Source of the DNA: Eledone cirrhosa
Taxonomy: Eukaryota
Reading direction: 5' to 3'
Length of the DNA stretch: 64,000 bases
Assembly (NCBI GenBank): GCA_964016885.1
Contig: OZ024741.1
Location: 379,812,001 to 379,876,000 of the forward strand
The position numbers were made by a program, and so were the translations under genes. Every line of letters begins with the position of its first letter. Positions within the stretch are counted from its first letter, which is position 1. The notes beneath the pieces were generated by a model. It was not told where the DNA came from. It worked only from the letters and a program-made list of their open reading frames with translations, and ran no database searches. Shown here in pieces: positions 26,065-38,522 of this stretch.

Positions 26065-27980
26065 ATGTTAAACGAAGCGAACGAAAATAGTGGTGGGGGG
26101 ACAGCGGTAAGAGTTGTAAGCTCGCACGCTTTAGTCGCCCCCCCCTTCCTTCCCAACTAACGTCATAGAGAAGGAAGGAAAAATTAAAACAAAAACAGAC
26201 GAATCTGCGGAGAAAAATGACGAAAACACAAATCTGGTCATGGATTCCAACAACGAAAAAAAAAATTTGAAAAATTGCATGACAATACTAATACCACAAA
26301 CAAAGACACAACAAACACAAAAATAACTTTTGAAAATAACACCATAACAGAAAGCAAAGCAGACGACAGAGTCAAGATTTCATTTGCACAAACAACAAAT
26401 AAATCTTTGACATACATACCCGAAAATATTTCAGATGTGGCACGAAGAATCACAGACGCCAAACAATACATAAGTGAAGGAGAGAATGGTATTTTATCGG
26501 TAAAAATGCCTCAAGAACTCACCAAATTCATTGAAAGGCGAACGGTCGTGTTCCGCACCATCAACAACACTTCAAAAAAACCTGAACAGCCTTCTCAAGC
26601 AGATATCAAAACTGTACTCACAGAAGTACTTAATGAAACCACTTTCATAAGAAAAGACAGACTGTATGGAAGCCTAGCAATTATCATGAAGAACGAATCG
26701 GCAGCAAAAAAATGTGCTTTGTCACCGATTCGTTTGAAAAAAAAAGAAAAAAAATGTTTACCTTGTATCCATCTTATATGGGGAAAAGAACTCAACGCAT
26801 ATGGCTGGATGCAATGATGCCAGATGTCGACTACTGCTGACTCATAGCTGGCTTCATCGATCCAGTGAATGACAACGTGATTGCCATTGGGAAAACCACA
26901 GGCAATGCGTTCAGTGGAACAGGTATAGAGCTGGTAGTGCAAATGAAGCCTGAACGCATCGCCCAAATACCCGACAGAATCCTATTAGAGGGCCACGGGT
27001 ATATAAACATTAGCGTGGAGGGGAGAAGGCCGTCCTGCCATATCTGTGCAGGCAGAGGGCACCTGAAGGCCGCTTGTCCCCAACTCAACAAAAAGAAAAC
27101 CCTGCTACCAACACCAGCTCCACCACCACCACCACAACAGATAAACAAACAACACAACTCAGTCCCACCCAACCCGTCCCTCAGTAAAACTACACCACCA
27201 CCACAACACAAACAGTCACAACACATTACCCCAAAACAAAATACAGGCCCACCCAACCCCTCACTCAATAAAACAACACAACCACCGCAGACACAACACA
27301 CAACACAGTCTAACATAGTGACATCCATCTCCCCCACAAAGAAAACCAACACGGAAACATTACCAGCAAACATACCTCTTCCCTCTAACACTGAAGATAA
27401 CCCAACGAATTCGGAGGAAGAAACGGAGTCCTTCAGACAAATTAAAAGGAAAAAAAGAAAACATGTGCAAAACACACAAGGCCAAACGACCCCCACCCAA
27501 ATCTCAACACAATCCAACAAAACAGAAAACACCCCTCCAGCAACAAACAAAACCAAACCTGCCCCTCCCCTCTTCGAAACACTCACACCATCCGAAAAAA
27601 AGACATTACACTATACTTACATCAACAGAAACAATAATAAATTAAATGAACTCATATACAATAATCCTTCGGTACAAACCGAAGGTGTAAACTTTGTTTC
27701 TTCAGAAAACTACCCACATTTAAAATTAATAAAGATCCCAATGAACCTCTACCAAAAACTAAAAAAGGATTTTAAGGAGGACGTAGGACCACCCTCTGTC
27801 AAACCCATAAACCGCGTCCTACTAAAAAGCTTTACCCCTCCCCTTCCCCTCCCCATCACAACTCCAAACACCCCAACCCCACCACACACTGACTAAACAC
27901 ACCACCACAAGACACCCCTTCACCTAACACCCCCGACCCCATGGAAGTCGTGCGACCCGAACCCCGGCAAGCGGAAGGTA
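26065..27980 (+). pseudogene. Tx1 family B ORF1 (CCHC knuckle), frameshifted
   Basis: Pieces 26275-26817 and 26865-27896; VEGRRPSCHICAGRGHLKAACP; P/T-rich linker. Confidence 0.75.
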
Positions 27981-28020
27981 GGTCTCTACACTCTCCTTTG
28001 GCTCTGCCGCCCACATTGAT

Positions 28021-31000
28021 GTGTTAAGAGTAGGATGTTTGAATGCACGTGACCTGGGCTCAACTTGGAAGCAAGCAAAGCTTCTAAATGACCTCAGGTC
28101 ATGTGGTATAAATGTAATGGTTATCTGTGAGACTCGGATCAGCGTCGTGCGGCAGCTGGCCCCTACCTTCGATGACTTTGAGGTGCATGCATCTCTCTGT
28201 CAACCTGGAGGTGGGGATGGGGTTGTCGTACTGCTGCAAAAATACCTGGGTCTTGCCGTACAGGTTGTGCACTCGGACCCGGAGGGTCGTTTGTTGGTGC
28301 TAGACGTTGGCAGTAGTGAAGGTGCGGCCTTAAGACTGGTCGCCGTTTACTTCCCTTACGGAGCTGAACGGCCCGACTTCTTCCAGCGTTTAGAGACTTT
28401 TCTGGGAACGCCGCGTTCCCTGCTTCTAGCGGGGGATTGGAATGACATCCTAGATGCACGTTGGGACTATGCAGGAGCATGTCCTAATAGAGCGGGGTGT
28501 AACAGCCTCAAGGGGTTACTCGACCGTTTTAACTTGGTCGATATATATCGACTAGATTTTCCAACTGTGCCTACCTGGACTTGGAGAAACCACAGTGGTC
28601 AATCTAGATCGTACTTAGATAGATTCTTAGTTAGAAGTAAGGATAGGGACATATTAAGCTGTCCAGAAATGCGCACGGTTGGCTACACGGATCACAAATT
28701 AGTGACCTGCGTAGTCAATCTCGAGAAAACACATAAACAGGGTCCCGGTTACTGGAAACTTAATTTGTCTTTACCGGCAAAAGAGACTTACAGAAACCGG
28801 ATTAGCAGATTAGTTAAGGAGAGGTTGACGGGTGCAATCGTCAACAACCGATGGTGGACATCTCTCAAGAGAGAGATTAAAACAGAATCAATAAGTTATA
28901 GCAAGATGTTAGCTGCCGATAGGAATAGAAACGAGAAAGAATTAACAGGTAAATTAGAAGAGGCAATCAAGAGCGAATATGTGGCCAGAGTGCTGGCATC
29001 GAGGACGGCCTTGAACCAGTTTTTCGATGCAAAGCACGAAGGCTGCGTCATTCGAAGTAAAATACGTGCTCTAGGTAATGAGGGGGCCAAAGCCGTTGGC
29101 TGGGCCCGCGTGACAGAAGCTAAGAGTGGAATTCGATCCACCATCCGGTCGTTGCAAGACGAAGATGGACGGGTGATCCGGGAGCCTAAGCAGATGTGCG
29201 AGGCCTTTCAAAGGCACTTTGCCCGATTGTTCGGGGGAGGCGAGGGTCCAGGCAGTGACGTGGATTTCGGTCCATACCTCGACGGCCTGCCGCGTCTCTC
29301 GAGCGAAGAGGCTGAGTCCTGCGAGGGACCAATCTCGGCTGATGAGATCGGAGATGCGCTGAGCCAATGCAGCAGACGCAAATCTCCAGGTCTCGATGGT
29401 ATACCTTACGAACTTTATTTAGCAATGCCGGTCTTCTTCTCCGAACTCCTCGAGGCGGTCTACTGCAATTGGCAGCAGAACGGGAGAATTCCTTGTTCTG
29501 TAGCCAAGGGCGTAGTCACGCTGGTGAGGAAGGACGAGAACAAGGGAGATAGTATAAATAATTTTCGGCCCATAACCCTGCTAAACACAGAGTTAAAGAT
29601 TTTGGCCAAGGTGTTAGCAAAGAGGTTGGCGCTTGTCGTGGGTGGCCTGGTGGGAGATGCGCAGACATGTGCTATCCCATCCAGGTCCATTAACGATAAC
29701 CTCCACCTCATGCGATACATCATAGAGATGGTTGGCAACAAACCCGGCTTCGGTGGGGCCCTGATCAACTTGGATCAGTCTAAGGCCTTCGATAGGGTCG
29801 ACCATGGTTACCTGGATGCGGTGCTAGCGGCGGCTGGGTTCGGTCCTGTTTTCAGAGGCTGGATCACTGCCTTACATAGCAACCACATCTGTTCTAGGAT
29901 CAAAGTGAACGGCTACCTTTCGAAGCCGATCCATTCGACAAGGGTGCCCTCTCTCCTCCCTTCTGTACGTATTGACTCTCGAGCCTTTACTGAGGAAGTT
30001 GGAGTTGTTGCAGGGTATCCCCCTGGAACCAGGATTGAGCAAAGCGGTGTCGGCCTACGCCGATGACGTAACAGTAATGGTATCGACCGATTCGGAGATC
30101 GAGGCGATCGGTACCTTACTGGAGGATTACGAAAGGTTGTCAGGAGCGAAACTGAACCGGGAAAAATCCATCGGGCTGCAACTCGGAACGTGGAGAGGCA
30201 GACCGATGCCTCCCGACGGTGTCGTCGGACACTGGACGGAGGGCCTGGTAAAGTTGCTTGGGGTCTGGTTTGGACCGGACCTCCAGGTGGAAAAGAACTG
30301 GAACGAGGTTACGAACAAGGTGTTTGCACTAACCCAGAAATGGGCCAAGTGTAAGCTGTCCCTAAAAGGCCGGGCGGGGGTGGCGAACATTTACATAGCG
30401 TCCGTCACTTACTACCGCCTGACTGTCGTGCCTTGCCCTAAGGAAACACTCACCACCATGGAATGCATGCTCTTCCAATTTCTTTGGAAGAAGCGCCCTC
30501 CTATGGTGAGAAGATCCATCTGCCGCCAACAATCTTCGAAAGGAGGGCTGGGGATGCCGTGGTTGATGATGCGTAGGCACGCATTAAGGCTACGGCACCT
30601 ACAGGTATTCCTCACTGGTCAACCGGTGTGGGCTCCGTTCGTGAAACGAGCCTTTCCGAGACTCGTCTCGCTCACCGAGCTACAGTCCTTGGTCAAGCAA
30701 AGATCCGGAAAACTGGGAAACTGGCACACTGAGTGTGCTCAGGCGCTCAGGGCTCTCTGGCAAGCGGGCCAGGCCATCGGTGGAGAATCCACCTCATCAT
30801 TCTATAGAGGGCTGGTGGCTAGCAGGGGCGATGTCACCCTTGGAGAGTCGCTGGACATGGAAGAAGACGAACTGGCCAGCCTGTTCGGTAGGACTTTCGG
30901 CCCAGGACCAATGGACAACTTCCAGAAGTCACTGGCCTGGCAGTGCTACCGGGGGGCTCTACCCGTTCGAGAGAGGCTCTACAGACACGGGCGCCTGGGC

Positions 31001-31438
31001 AGGGATCCCTCAAAAAAGATTTGCCCTAGATTCGTGCGTCACGAAGAAACCGTTGCGCACGCATTGGTGCAACGTCCGGGCGTGGCTGATCCGTGGGGCT
31101 ACGCCGAACGACTGCTGTCGCGGGTGACCCCGATTCAATTGACCGCCGAGTGCGTGATGACAATCAAACCGCCTCCCCTCTTCACAAAGGAAGCAAAGGC
31201 GGTTTTTCTGTGCGTAATAGCCATGTTGAAAGAGGTTGTTTGGTGGACACGATTGAAATGTCTGAGGTCAGGCAACTTCCTCTCTGGCCATAGTCTGGTC
31301 TACTTCTTCCGATATCACTTCGGAAGGAGGATAAGTATGGAGAGAGAGGTGCTTGGCCACATGCAGTTTTATGAAAGGTGGGTGATAGTGGCGAGAATGG
31401 CTCGTGTAAATGGGCCTTCTCTCTATACCATCCTGTAG
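28021..31438 (+). pseudogene. Tx1 family B ORF2 (APE + RT), frameshift/deletion near 29930
   Basis: LRVGCLNAR, GDWN, SYLDR, YTDH, KSPGLDG, LDQSKAFDRV, AYADD; two overlapping ORFs 28021-30066 and 29972-31438. Confidence 0.9.
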
Positions 31439-31674
31439 GTAAAGAAGTAAAGGAGAGGGGAGCACCTTCTCCATGTGTTCCCCGGGCAAAGGATTGCACA
31501 CTTTTTCGGGGGTGCGTGCAACCCCCATCACGTCCCCTCCCTTTTGAGGTTATTTTCGATTATTTTCATTTCATACCCTTTTTACTCGATTGTATGTAAA
31601 CTCCCCTTTGTATTTGTCCCTTCTTTTTATACCTTTATGGTAAATAAAGAAATATATCTATCTATCTCTATATA

Positions 31675-31894
31675 GAAGTAGTTCCACAGCAATTAGGTCA
31701 CCATGCTGAAAACAAATGTTTCATCTTATTCGCATCTTCAGCTCGGTCTAGACCGGTTTTAGACCGACCTGGCCATCCGAATAAAGTGAAACATTTGTTT
31801 TCGTATGGAGAACTAACTGTTGTGGAACTAGTCCTACCAAACACCTCCCATGGACTAGGTGCTCTACTACTACGGATATAACCCTCTAGTGTTC

Positions 31895-31896
<2 letters not shown>
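31675..31896. mobile_element. Fold-back mini-derivative of the PLE family at 62103-63941
   Basis: Inverted arms AGTTCCACAGCAATTAG...GTTTCA / TGAAAC...CTAACTGTTGTGGAACT; tail GTGCTCTACTACTACGGA..AGTGTTCTA matches 63899-63936; minus-strand HHR core at ~31708-31745. Confidence 0.8.
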
Positions 31897-31949
<53 letters not shown>

Positions 31950-32145
31950 TAGATAAATCTACCAAAAGTTTACGGTAGTGTCCAATCCGTATGAAGAACT
32001 CAATGTAATCCGGATATCATGGAAAGAAGAGATGCATTCAAAAATCACTTTCGGTGAAAGATAAACGGAATACAGAGTCAAGATAAAATATTAAAAAAAT
32101 AATGAATAAAACAATGAAACAGTTCCTTATATTAAACAAAAAAAG

Positions 32146-32298
32146 TTCATTATTTAACGATCGTTTCTAGGACATATATGTGTTAGAATTGGCATGCATA
32201 TTCAACAGATCTATGTACAAAATTATACAAAATTATACAAACTATCAAATAGAATATACATACCAACACATACATATGCCGTCTTCAGAAATAATGAA
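32146..32298 (-). ncRNA. Type I hammerhead ribozyme with long stem II
   Basis: Minus: TTCATTATTT-CTGAAGA-cGGCATATGTATGTGTTGG...CTAACACATATATGTCCta-GAAA-CGATCG-TT-AAATAATGAA (10-bp stem I, palindromic stem III). Confidence 0.75.
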
Positions 32299-32647
32299 AT
32301 ATATTTATTGATAATAGCAACAATTCAAAATTACAGGTCTGTTTGGGAGCAGAGTTCAAATAGACCAATGAAATACACAAAAATATATCAAGAAAATACA
32401 GTTAGGTGTGTGTATATATGTAAGTAACTTCGTTCACAGATATGCATAAAAATATATGTTCACATGCAAACGCATGTCGAAAAAATGTATGTAAATACAA
32501 AAATTCAGGGCTAATGTCTCTGTATGTTTATAATCTACAGACAAAATACACATACGTATATAAATATATATACACTCATATATACACACATATACATACA
32601 TTCATACACACACACGCATATACACATAAATATACACATACCCACGA

Positions 32648-32678
<31 letters not shown>

Positions 32679-32927
32679 TACGTATATATTATTATTATAA
32701 CTATATGGATATTAAGGCGCACACATAAACACTGCCACATATATTTACATCTAGATGCAGAACTAAAGTAGGTAAAGGGAGTCAGTAATTACTGAGGGTG
32801 TCAGAAAACAGCCTATTTATAAAATGTATCTATCTATAAATTTAGAAATAAAAAGAAATATATTAAAAAGAAATAAACAAGTAAAATAAATACTCATACA
32901 TAAAATACACACCGATATACATATATA

Positions 32928-33005
<78 letters not shown>

Positions 33006-33336
33006 TATATAGAGAGACATATACATATATAAATACATAGACACACATACATACACACATATATATATACATATACTCACAACACACATATATATATATA
33101 CACATATATGTACATACACATACACACATACATACATATACATATATATATACACACGTATATATACATACATACATACACACATATATACATATACATG
33201 CACGCACATATATATACACACACACACATACATATACGTATATATACATACACATACACATATCCATGTATATATATACACATACAACCACACGCTCACA
33301 CACAACTCAGACATACATAAATAAAGAGATATACAT

Positions 33337-33362
<26 letters not shown>

Positions 33363-33367
<5 letters not shown>

Positions 33368-33414
33368 GATATATACATACACATAAATATATATACACAC
33401 ACACACATACACAT

Positions 33415-33455
<41 letters not shown>

Positions 33456-33606
33456 TAAATAAATACACACAGTCAGACAGTTATGCACATATATACACAT
33501 ACATACACACATCTCTACAAATATATATACACATACACACACATACACACATATATATATACACATATATATATATAGACATATATACATATATATGCAT
33601 ATATAC

Positions 33607-33639
<33 letters not shown>

Positions 33640-33719
33640 CACAATCATACACACTTATTTACATGCGTTATAGATATATACATACACATAAATATATATA
33701 CACACACACACATACACAT

Positions 33720-33770
<51 letters not shown>

Positions 33771-33919
33771 TAAATAAATACACACAGTCAGACAATTATG
33801 CACATATATACACATACATACACACATCTCTACAAATATATATACACATACACACACATACACACATATATATATACACATATATATATAGACATATATA
33901 CATATATATACATATATAC

Positions 33920-33950
<31 letters not shown>

Positions 33951-33980
33951 CACAATCATACACACTTATTTACATGCGTT
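33363..33980. repeat. ~305-bp tandem duplication (2 copies) of TA/CA-rich sequence
   Basis: Unique anchors CACAGTCAGACA, CATCTCTACAAA and CACTTATTTACATGCGTTA each occur twice. Confidence 0.85.
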
Positions 33981-34121
33981 ATAATTTTGTACATAGATCT
34001 GTTGAATATGCATGCCAATTCTAACACATATATGTCCTAGAAACGATCGTTAAATAATGAACTTTTTTCGTTTAACATAAGGAACTGTTTCATTGTTTTA
34101 TTCATTATTGTTTTAATATTT

Positions 34122-34168
<47 letters not shown>

Positions 34169-34170
<2 letters not shown>

Positions 34171-34293
34171 TGAATGCGTGGTGTGGCTCAGTGGTTAGAG
34201 AGTTGGATTCACAATCGTAAGGTTGTGAGTTCGATTCCTGGACCAGGCGATGCGTTAAGTCCTTGAGCAAGACACTTTATTTGACGTGGCTCC
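34169..34293 (+). mobile_element. tRNA-derived SINE head + CORE-like domain (family 2)
   Basis: A box TGGCTCAGTGG, B box GTTCGATTCC, then TCCTTGAGCAAGACACTTT. Confidence 0.8.
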
Positions 34294-34438
34294 TTCTACC
34301 TTAGCAATTGGAAAGACCAACGGAAACATTGTTCCCTCGGTCCGATTTGACGAAAGTCGATCGTTCCTAATATATATATATATAATAGAACATATATATA
34401 TATATATATATATGGTGAAGGTGTGTGGCTGAGTTAAT

Positions 34439-34473
<35 letters not shown>

Positions 34474-35227
34474 AACGAGTAGGACCTGAGCTCAAGCCGT
34501 TTCGACGGCTAATTCTGAACTAAATGAAAATATCAATAGCCGAGCTTCTTAGGGGGTAATTCCATATATGGCAAAAGTGAGTCACAAGGATTGGTCAAAA
34601 GTTTGTTGTTGAGACACATAATTCTATCATGGCAATTTGTGGTAGGAAGGGGTAGCTGAACCTGCCAGTAGAAGAAAGAGAGAGAGGGAGTGGAGGAATC
34701 CCAGTCGTGCGTTGACAGTGCCAACTACAGCAGGGCAGGAGGTCAAGCAAGTATACTAGGGATGGGGAGGGGGAGGAAGTCGAAACAATAAGTAAATCAA
34801 TATGGAGTAAATATATAGAAGAATACCAAGAATGTTAAAAATATAAAACAACAATTTCTGGTTACTATTCCCTAACGACAGTCATCAAGTCTCTCACTGG
34901 TACTGATAAACTATAGAAAAGTTTACTAGGTGGGACGGAATTGTAAAGAGACCATTTTAACAGTTAGTAGTAATCAACGAAATATATCTTACGGTGACAG
35001 ATCAACAAGTGTGTATGGGGGGGGAAGGCAGAATACTAAAGAGACTACCACGAAATTATAATTCAGAGTCCCGAAACAAATACGAAATAATTGCCTCCTT
35101 AGGCACAAGGCCAGTAACCACCCAGTGCAAAACATAAACTAATACGAAATAATAATTCAGAATCCCGAAAATGAATACTAATACTCTCTCTAAGGGTGCC
35201 GCTACGATACGAAAATTCTAGTGCAAA

Positions 35228-37374
35228 CTACATAAATGCTCGTACGAGGTATACGAAAAATTTGATACGGAAAATTAAATCAGAATCCTCCACCCACCGT
35301 TTGCATGCAGTTACCAGTTCGTCTTTCTTGTTTAGGAGTTGGTCCGTCGAAAACAGCATTTGTAAAGTTTCCCCGAGCATAAGTTGCAAGGACGGCGTTC
35401 TCCCATTAAGCTCCAAGTGAGATCATAGGTGATATTGTTATTTTTGAGGTCCCAGATGTGGCCCGAAAGTGTGGTGGCGTGACGCCGGGCCGGATTTCGC
35501 AAAGTATGTTTGTGTTGGTATAGCCGGGTCTTGAAGTCACATGCGGTTAATCCTATATAAGCTTTGTTGGAGGTGTCCATCCTAACGTTGCACTGGTAGA
35601 TCACATTACCATCTCTGCATCTGTTGTCAATGGGGCAAATGGATCCATCAGGACAGTTGTACCTCCTGGTCGGTTCTCCACTGCTATTTAGGTTATTTCT
35701 TCCATAGTGGTTGAGTTTTTTGTTGTTAGAGGAGACGATGTTTTGTGCAAAGTTTGATGTGGTTCTGTAGGAGAGTTTGATGGTATTTTTGTTGATTATG
35801 TTGTGGGAGCGTTGTTGTAGTGGGAAGTGTTTTTCGATGAGCCTAAAGAAGATTTTCCCGATAAGAGTTGTCACCTCGGTGTTGTGGGGAGGATTGAACC
35901 ATGTTACATTGCGTGAGCGGCGGTGTCGCCTGCTGGTTCCGCTAATGGAAGCTGGACAGTATGATATTTCCTCCCGGAAACCACTCCGCTTGAGGGCCTG
36001 GTTGTAATAAGGCGCATGCTCCTCGAATATCTGCTCATTAGCGGACAAACGAGATATGCGGAAGGAGATGTTTTTAACCAGGTTATCGGTGATGTTCTTA
36101 GGATGGTTTGACCGGCGGTGGATGTAGTGCAGGTTGTCGTTGGGTTTCCTGTATGGGTAGTACAGATCATTATCGAGGTCAAGGGTAACGTCCAGGAAGT
36201 TTACTCGGGTCAGGGACGTTTGTAGGGTTATTTTAAATCCCCAGTCGCGGAAGAAGCTGATTAATTGTTTACGGACCCGGTCTGTACTACTGGGGTTGTA
36301 CCTTTTAAGGGTAAGGAGCACATCATCACGGTTCAATCCACCGCCGAATGCAGCAAACCTATCGGTGAGTTTAACTAGTAGGAATAATCCTATAAGATCT
36401 GTGACCTCAGCCGAATCCGTCGCGCCCATGCTGACGTCGAAGGGTGAGTCGGGAGCTCTCTTTATCCATTTGGAGTTGTCGAAAAGTAGGACTGTCTTCC
36501 TGGCGTGGAGGATGATGTTTCTTTCCTGGTCGGGGATGGGCGCAAGTGTCTCGGCAAGGTCCAAGGCAGCCGTAACTAGCGGTAAGGTAATTGAAGAATA
36601 GTAACTCTCTATGTCAAACTGGATGAATTTTGTGTCTCGTTTGTCCTCCATATTGCTGAACCATGAGATTATTTCCTGGGTGTTGACCCATAGGCTAAGT
36701 CTGGCGTTTTGCTTAACTTTTGGTATAACGCGGTCTAGGATTTTTTTACTGATTCTCCCTATGTCGGACTTCGTTGGGTTTATAAGCCTGATAGAAGGTT
36801 TACGGTCGAAGTCAGATTTGTGTTCCTTCAGTGTGAAGTAGGATGTCCGTGGGTCTAGGGGTTTCGTGCTGTCGGCGATCCCGAGGCTGGAGGTAATTTG
36901 TTGTCCATCTCGATTCATGTCCTCGATGCATGAGTGGTTAGCCTTTTTATAGGTGGAGTTTAGGCTGCTCCTGATCACTGTTTGGTATCTGTCGGGGTTG
37001 ACGAAGTAGAGGTTACCAGTTTTATCAGAGTGCACCATGATGTCATTGGTGTTATCATAGTCTGTTAAGTTGCTACGGATTTTTTGTAGGAATCGGTTGT
37101 GTCTGGGTTTGAATTTAATGTAGTTGACCAGTTGGAAACGGTCATTCTCGAAGGGTGAGAGCATAGGGTTCGGAGGGGGAGATTTATAGGTATTAAATCC
37201 GAATCTCTCCTTGGTACCGCAGTCCTGATTGTCACAATAACTGTCGTAGAAAAAAGTTCTCCATCTAAGTCTTTTCGCAAAGAGGTCAATTTTTTGTGTG
37301 AGCACCTGAAGGTGAATTTTTTTCGGCGGAACTGGGATGTTCTTGGTGGAGAAGTCGATGTTGTGTTTTCGCAT
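35228..37374 (-). CDS. PLE reverse transcriptase + GIY-YIG endonuclease (frameshift near the C-terminus; YRDD appears as NRDD)
   Basis: MRKHNIDFSTKNIPVP, DKTGN, IRLINP, FDIESYY, MGATDSAEV, NRDD, NFLDV, SNHP, WFNPP, VIYQ..YIGLT..FKTR, CNLC, LLNKKDELVTAC (second frame). Confidence 0.88.
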
Positions 37375-37559
37375 GGTGCAGGTGAAAGAACTTGAGCTTA
37401 CGGACAAGTCTGGATACGGCGTGGTAGGGTCGGAAAGTGCTCTACTACGGGAATAGGAGCTAGATAATGAAGGAAATGTGGTAAGGAACCAGGTGGTCCA
37501 TAACGCACCAAAGTACTCAATACTTAGGGTAGTAGAGTGGGTAATAGGAACGAGTAGGA

Positions 37560-37655
37560 CCCCGACGGCTGAGCTCAAGCCGTTTCGATGGCTAATTCTG
37601 GACTAAATGAAAATGATTATCCTGTTATATGAATAGCCGAGCTTCTCAGGTGGTA
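37560..37655 (-). ncRNA. Hammerhead-like motif in the 5' pLTR (variant core CUGAGAA)
   Basis: Minus: cc-CTGAGAA-gctcggcta...tagccatc-GAAA-cggct-tgagctc-agccg-TC-gggg. Confidence 0.6.
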
Positions 37656-38115
37656 ATTCCACATATGGCAAAAGTGATTGTCACAAGGATTTGTTGAATA
37701 CTACTAACTCTTAAAATGGTCTCTTTACAATTCCGTCCCACCTAGTAAACTTTTCTATAGTTTAGCAGTACCAGTGAGAGATTGATGATGTCGTTAGGGA
37801 ATAGTAACCAGAAATTGTTTTTTTATATTTTTAACATTCTTGGTATTCTTCTATATATTTACTCCATATTGATTTACTTAATGTTTCGACTTCCTCCCCC
37901 CCCCCCTCCCTAGTATACTTGCTTGACCTCCTGCCCTGCTGTAGTTGGCACTATCACCACACGACTGGGTTTCCTCCACTCCCTCTCCCTCTTTCTTCTA
38001 CTGGCAGGTTCAGCTACCCCTTCCGTCCACAAATTGCCATGATAGAATTATGTGTCTCAACAACAAACTTTTGACCAATCCTTGTGACAATCATTTTTGC
38101 CATATATGGAATTAC

Positions 38116-38208
38116 TCCCTGAGAAGCTCGGCTATCCATATACCAGGATAAACATTTTCATTTAGTCCAGAATTAGCCGTCGAAACGGCTTGAGCTCAGC
38201 CGTCGAGG
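38116..38208 (+). ncRNA. Hammerhead-like motif in the inverted pLTR (variant core CUGAGAA)
   Basis: CTGAGAA 38119-38125; CGGCTA/TAGCCG stem II; GAAA 38182-38185; CGGCT/AGCCG stem III; GTC cleavage triplet. Confidence 0.6.
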
Positions 38209-38301
38209 TCCTACTCGTTCCTATTACCCACTCTACTACCATAAGTATTGAGTACTTTGGTGCCTTATGGTCCACCTGGTGCCTTACCACATTTCCTTCA
38301 T

Positions 38302-38333
<32 letters not shown>

Positions 38334-38401
38334 GTGTTCTACCCTTCGTAGTAGGTTCCGTACTGTAGAGAGAACTCAATGTAATCTGATAGCGAGTAAG
38401 T

Positions 38402-38522
38402 GTTTCTGAGGAGGACGACCGATTGAATAGGAACATCGATACTGGTAATTGGTAGTAACCTAAACTCTACCATGCTGGCTGATCTCCACGGTTCAATCAA
38501 CCCTCTGAAACGATCGTAAAAC
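38402..38522 (+). ncRNA. Orphan type I hammerhead ribozyme motif
   Basis: GTTT-CTGAGGA-..GATTGAA...TTCAATC..-GAAA-CGATCG-TA-AAAC. Confidence 0.65.

Larger units (their letters stand above)
25831..31654 (+). mobile_element. Full-length Tx1/L1-clade LINE, family B, with 20-bp TSD
   Basis: TSD TATCTATCTATCTCTATATA at 25811-25830 and 31655-31674; AATAAA near 31643; ORF1 and ORF2 homologous to family A. Confidence 0.93.
32083..34123 (-). mobile_element. Non-coding hammerhead-bearing element with ~145-bp terminal inverted repeat and microsatellite-rich body
   Basis: 32083-32227 is the reverse complement of 33979-34123; HHR at 32146-32298; (TA)n on the right. Confidence 0.65.
34471..38302 (-). mobile_element. 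Penelope-like element (Naiad-like) family A: 3' pLTR, ORF, partial 5' pLTR and inverted pLTR, in (TA)n
   Basis: 34471-34978 is inverted at ~37693-38222; direct partial pLTR at ~37483-37692; (TA)n on both sides. Confidence 0.92.

Noticed and set aside
32817-33965. Long YIYI/CVCV ORFs (also 45598-47191)
   Set aside because: Translations of TA/CA microsatellites.
34169-34245. tRNA gene
   Set aside because: A and B boxes are present but the acceptor stem is poor and the sequence continues into a SINE body.
35228-37374. Selenocysteine-encoding Naiad ORF
   Set aside because: No in-frame TGA at a conserved Cys in the long ORF, and no SECIS identified by eye.
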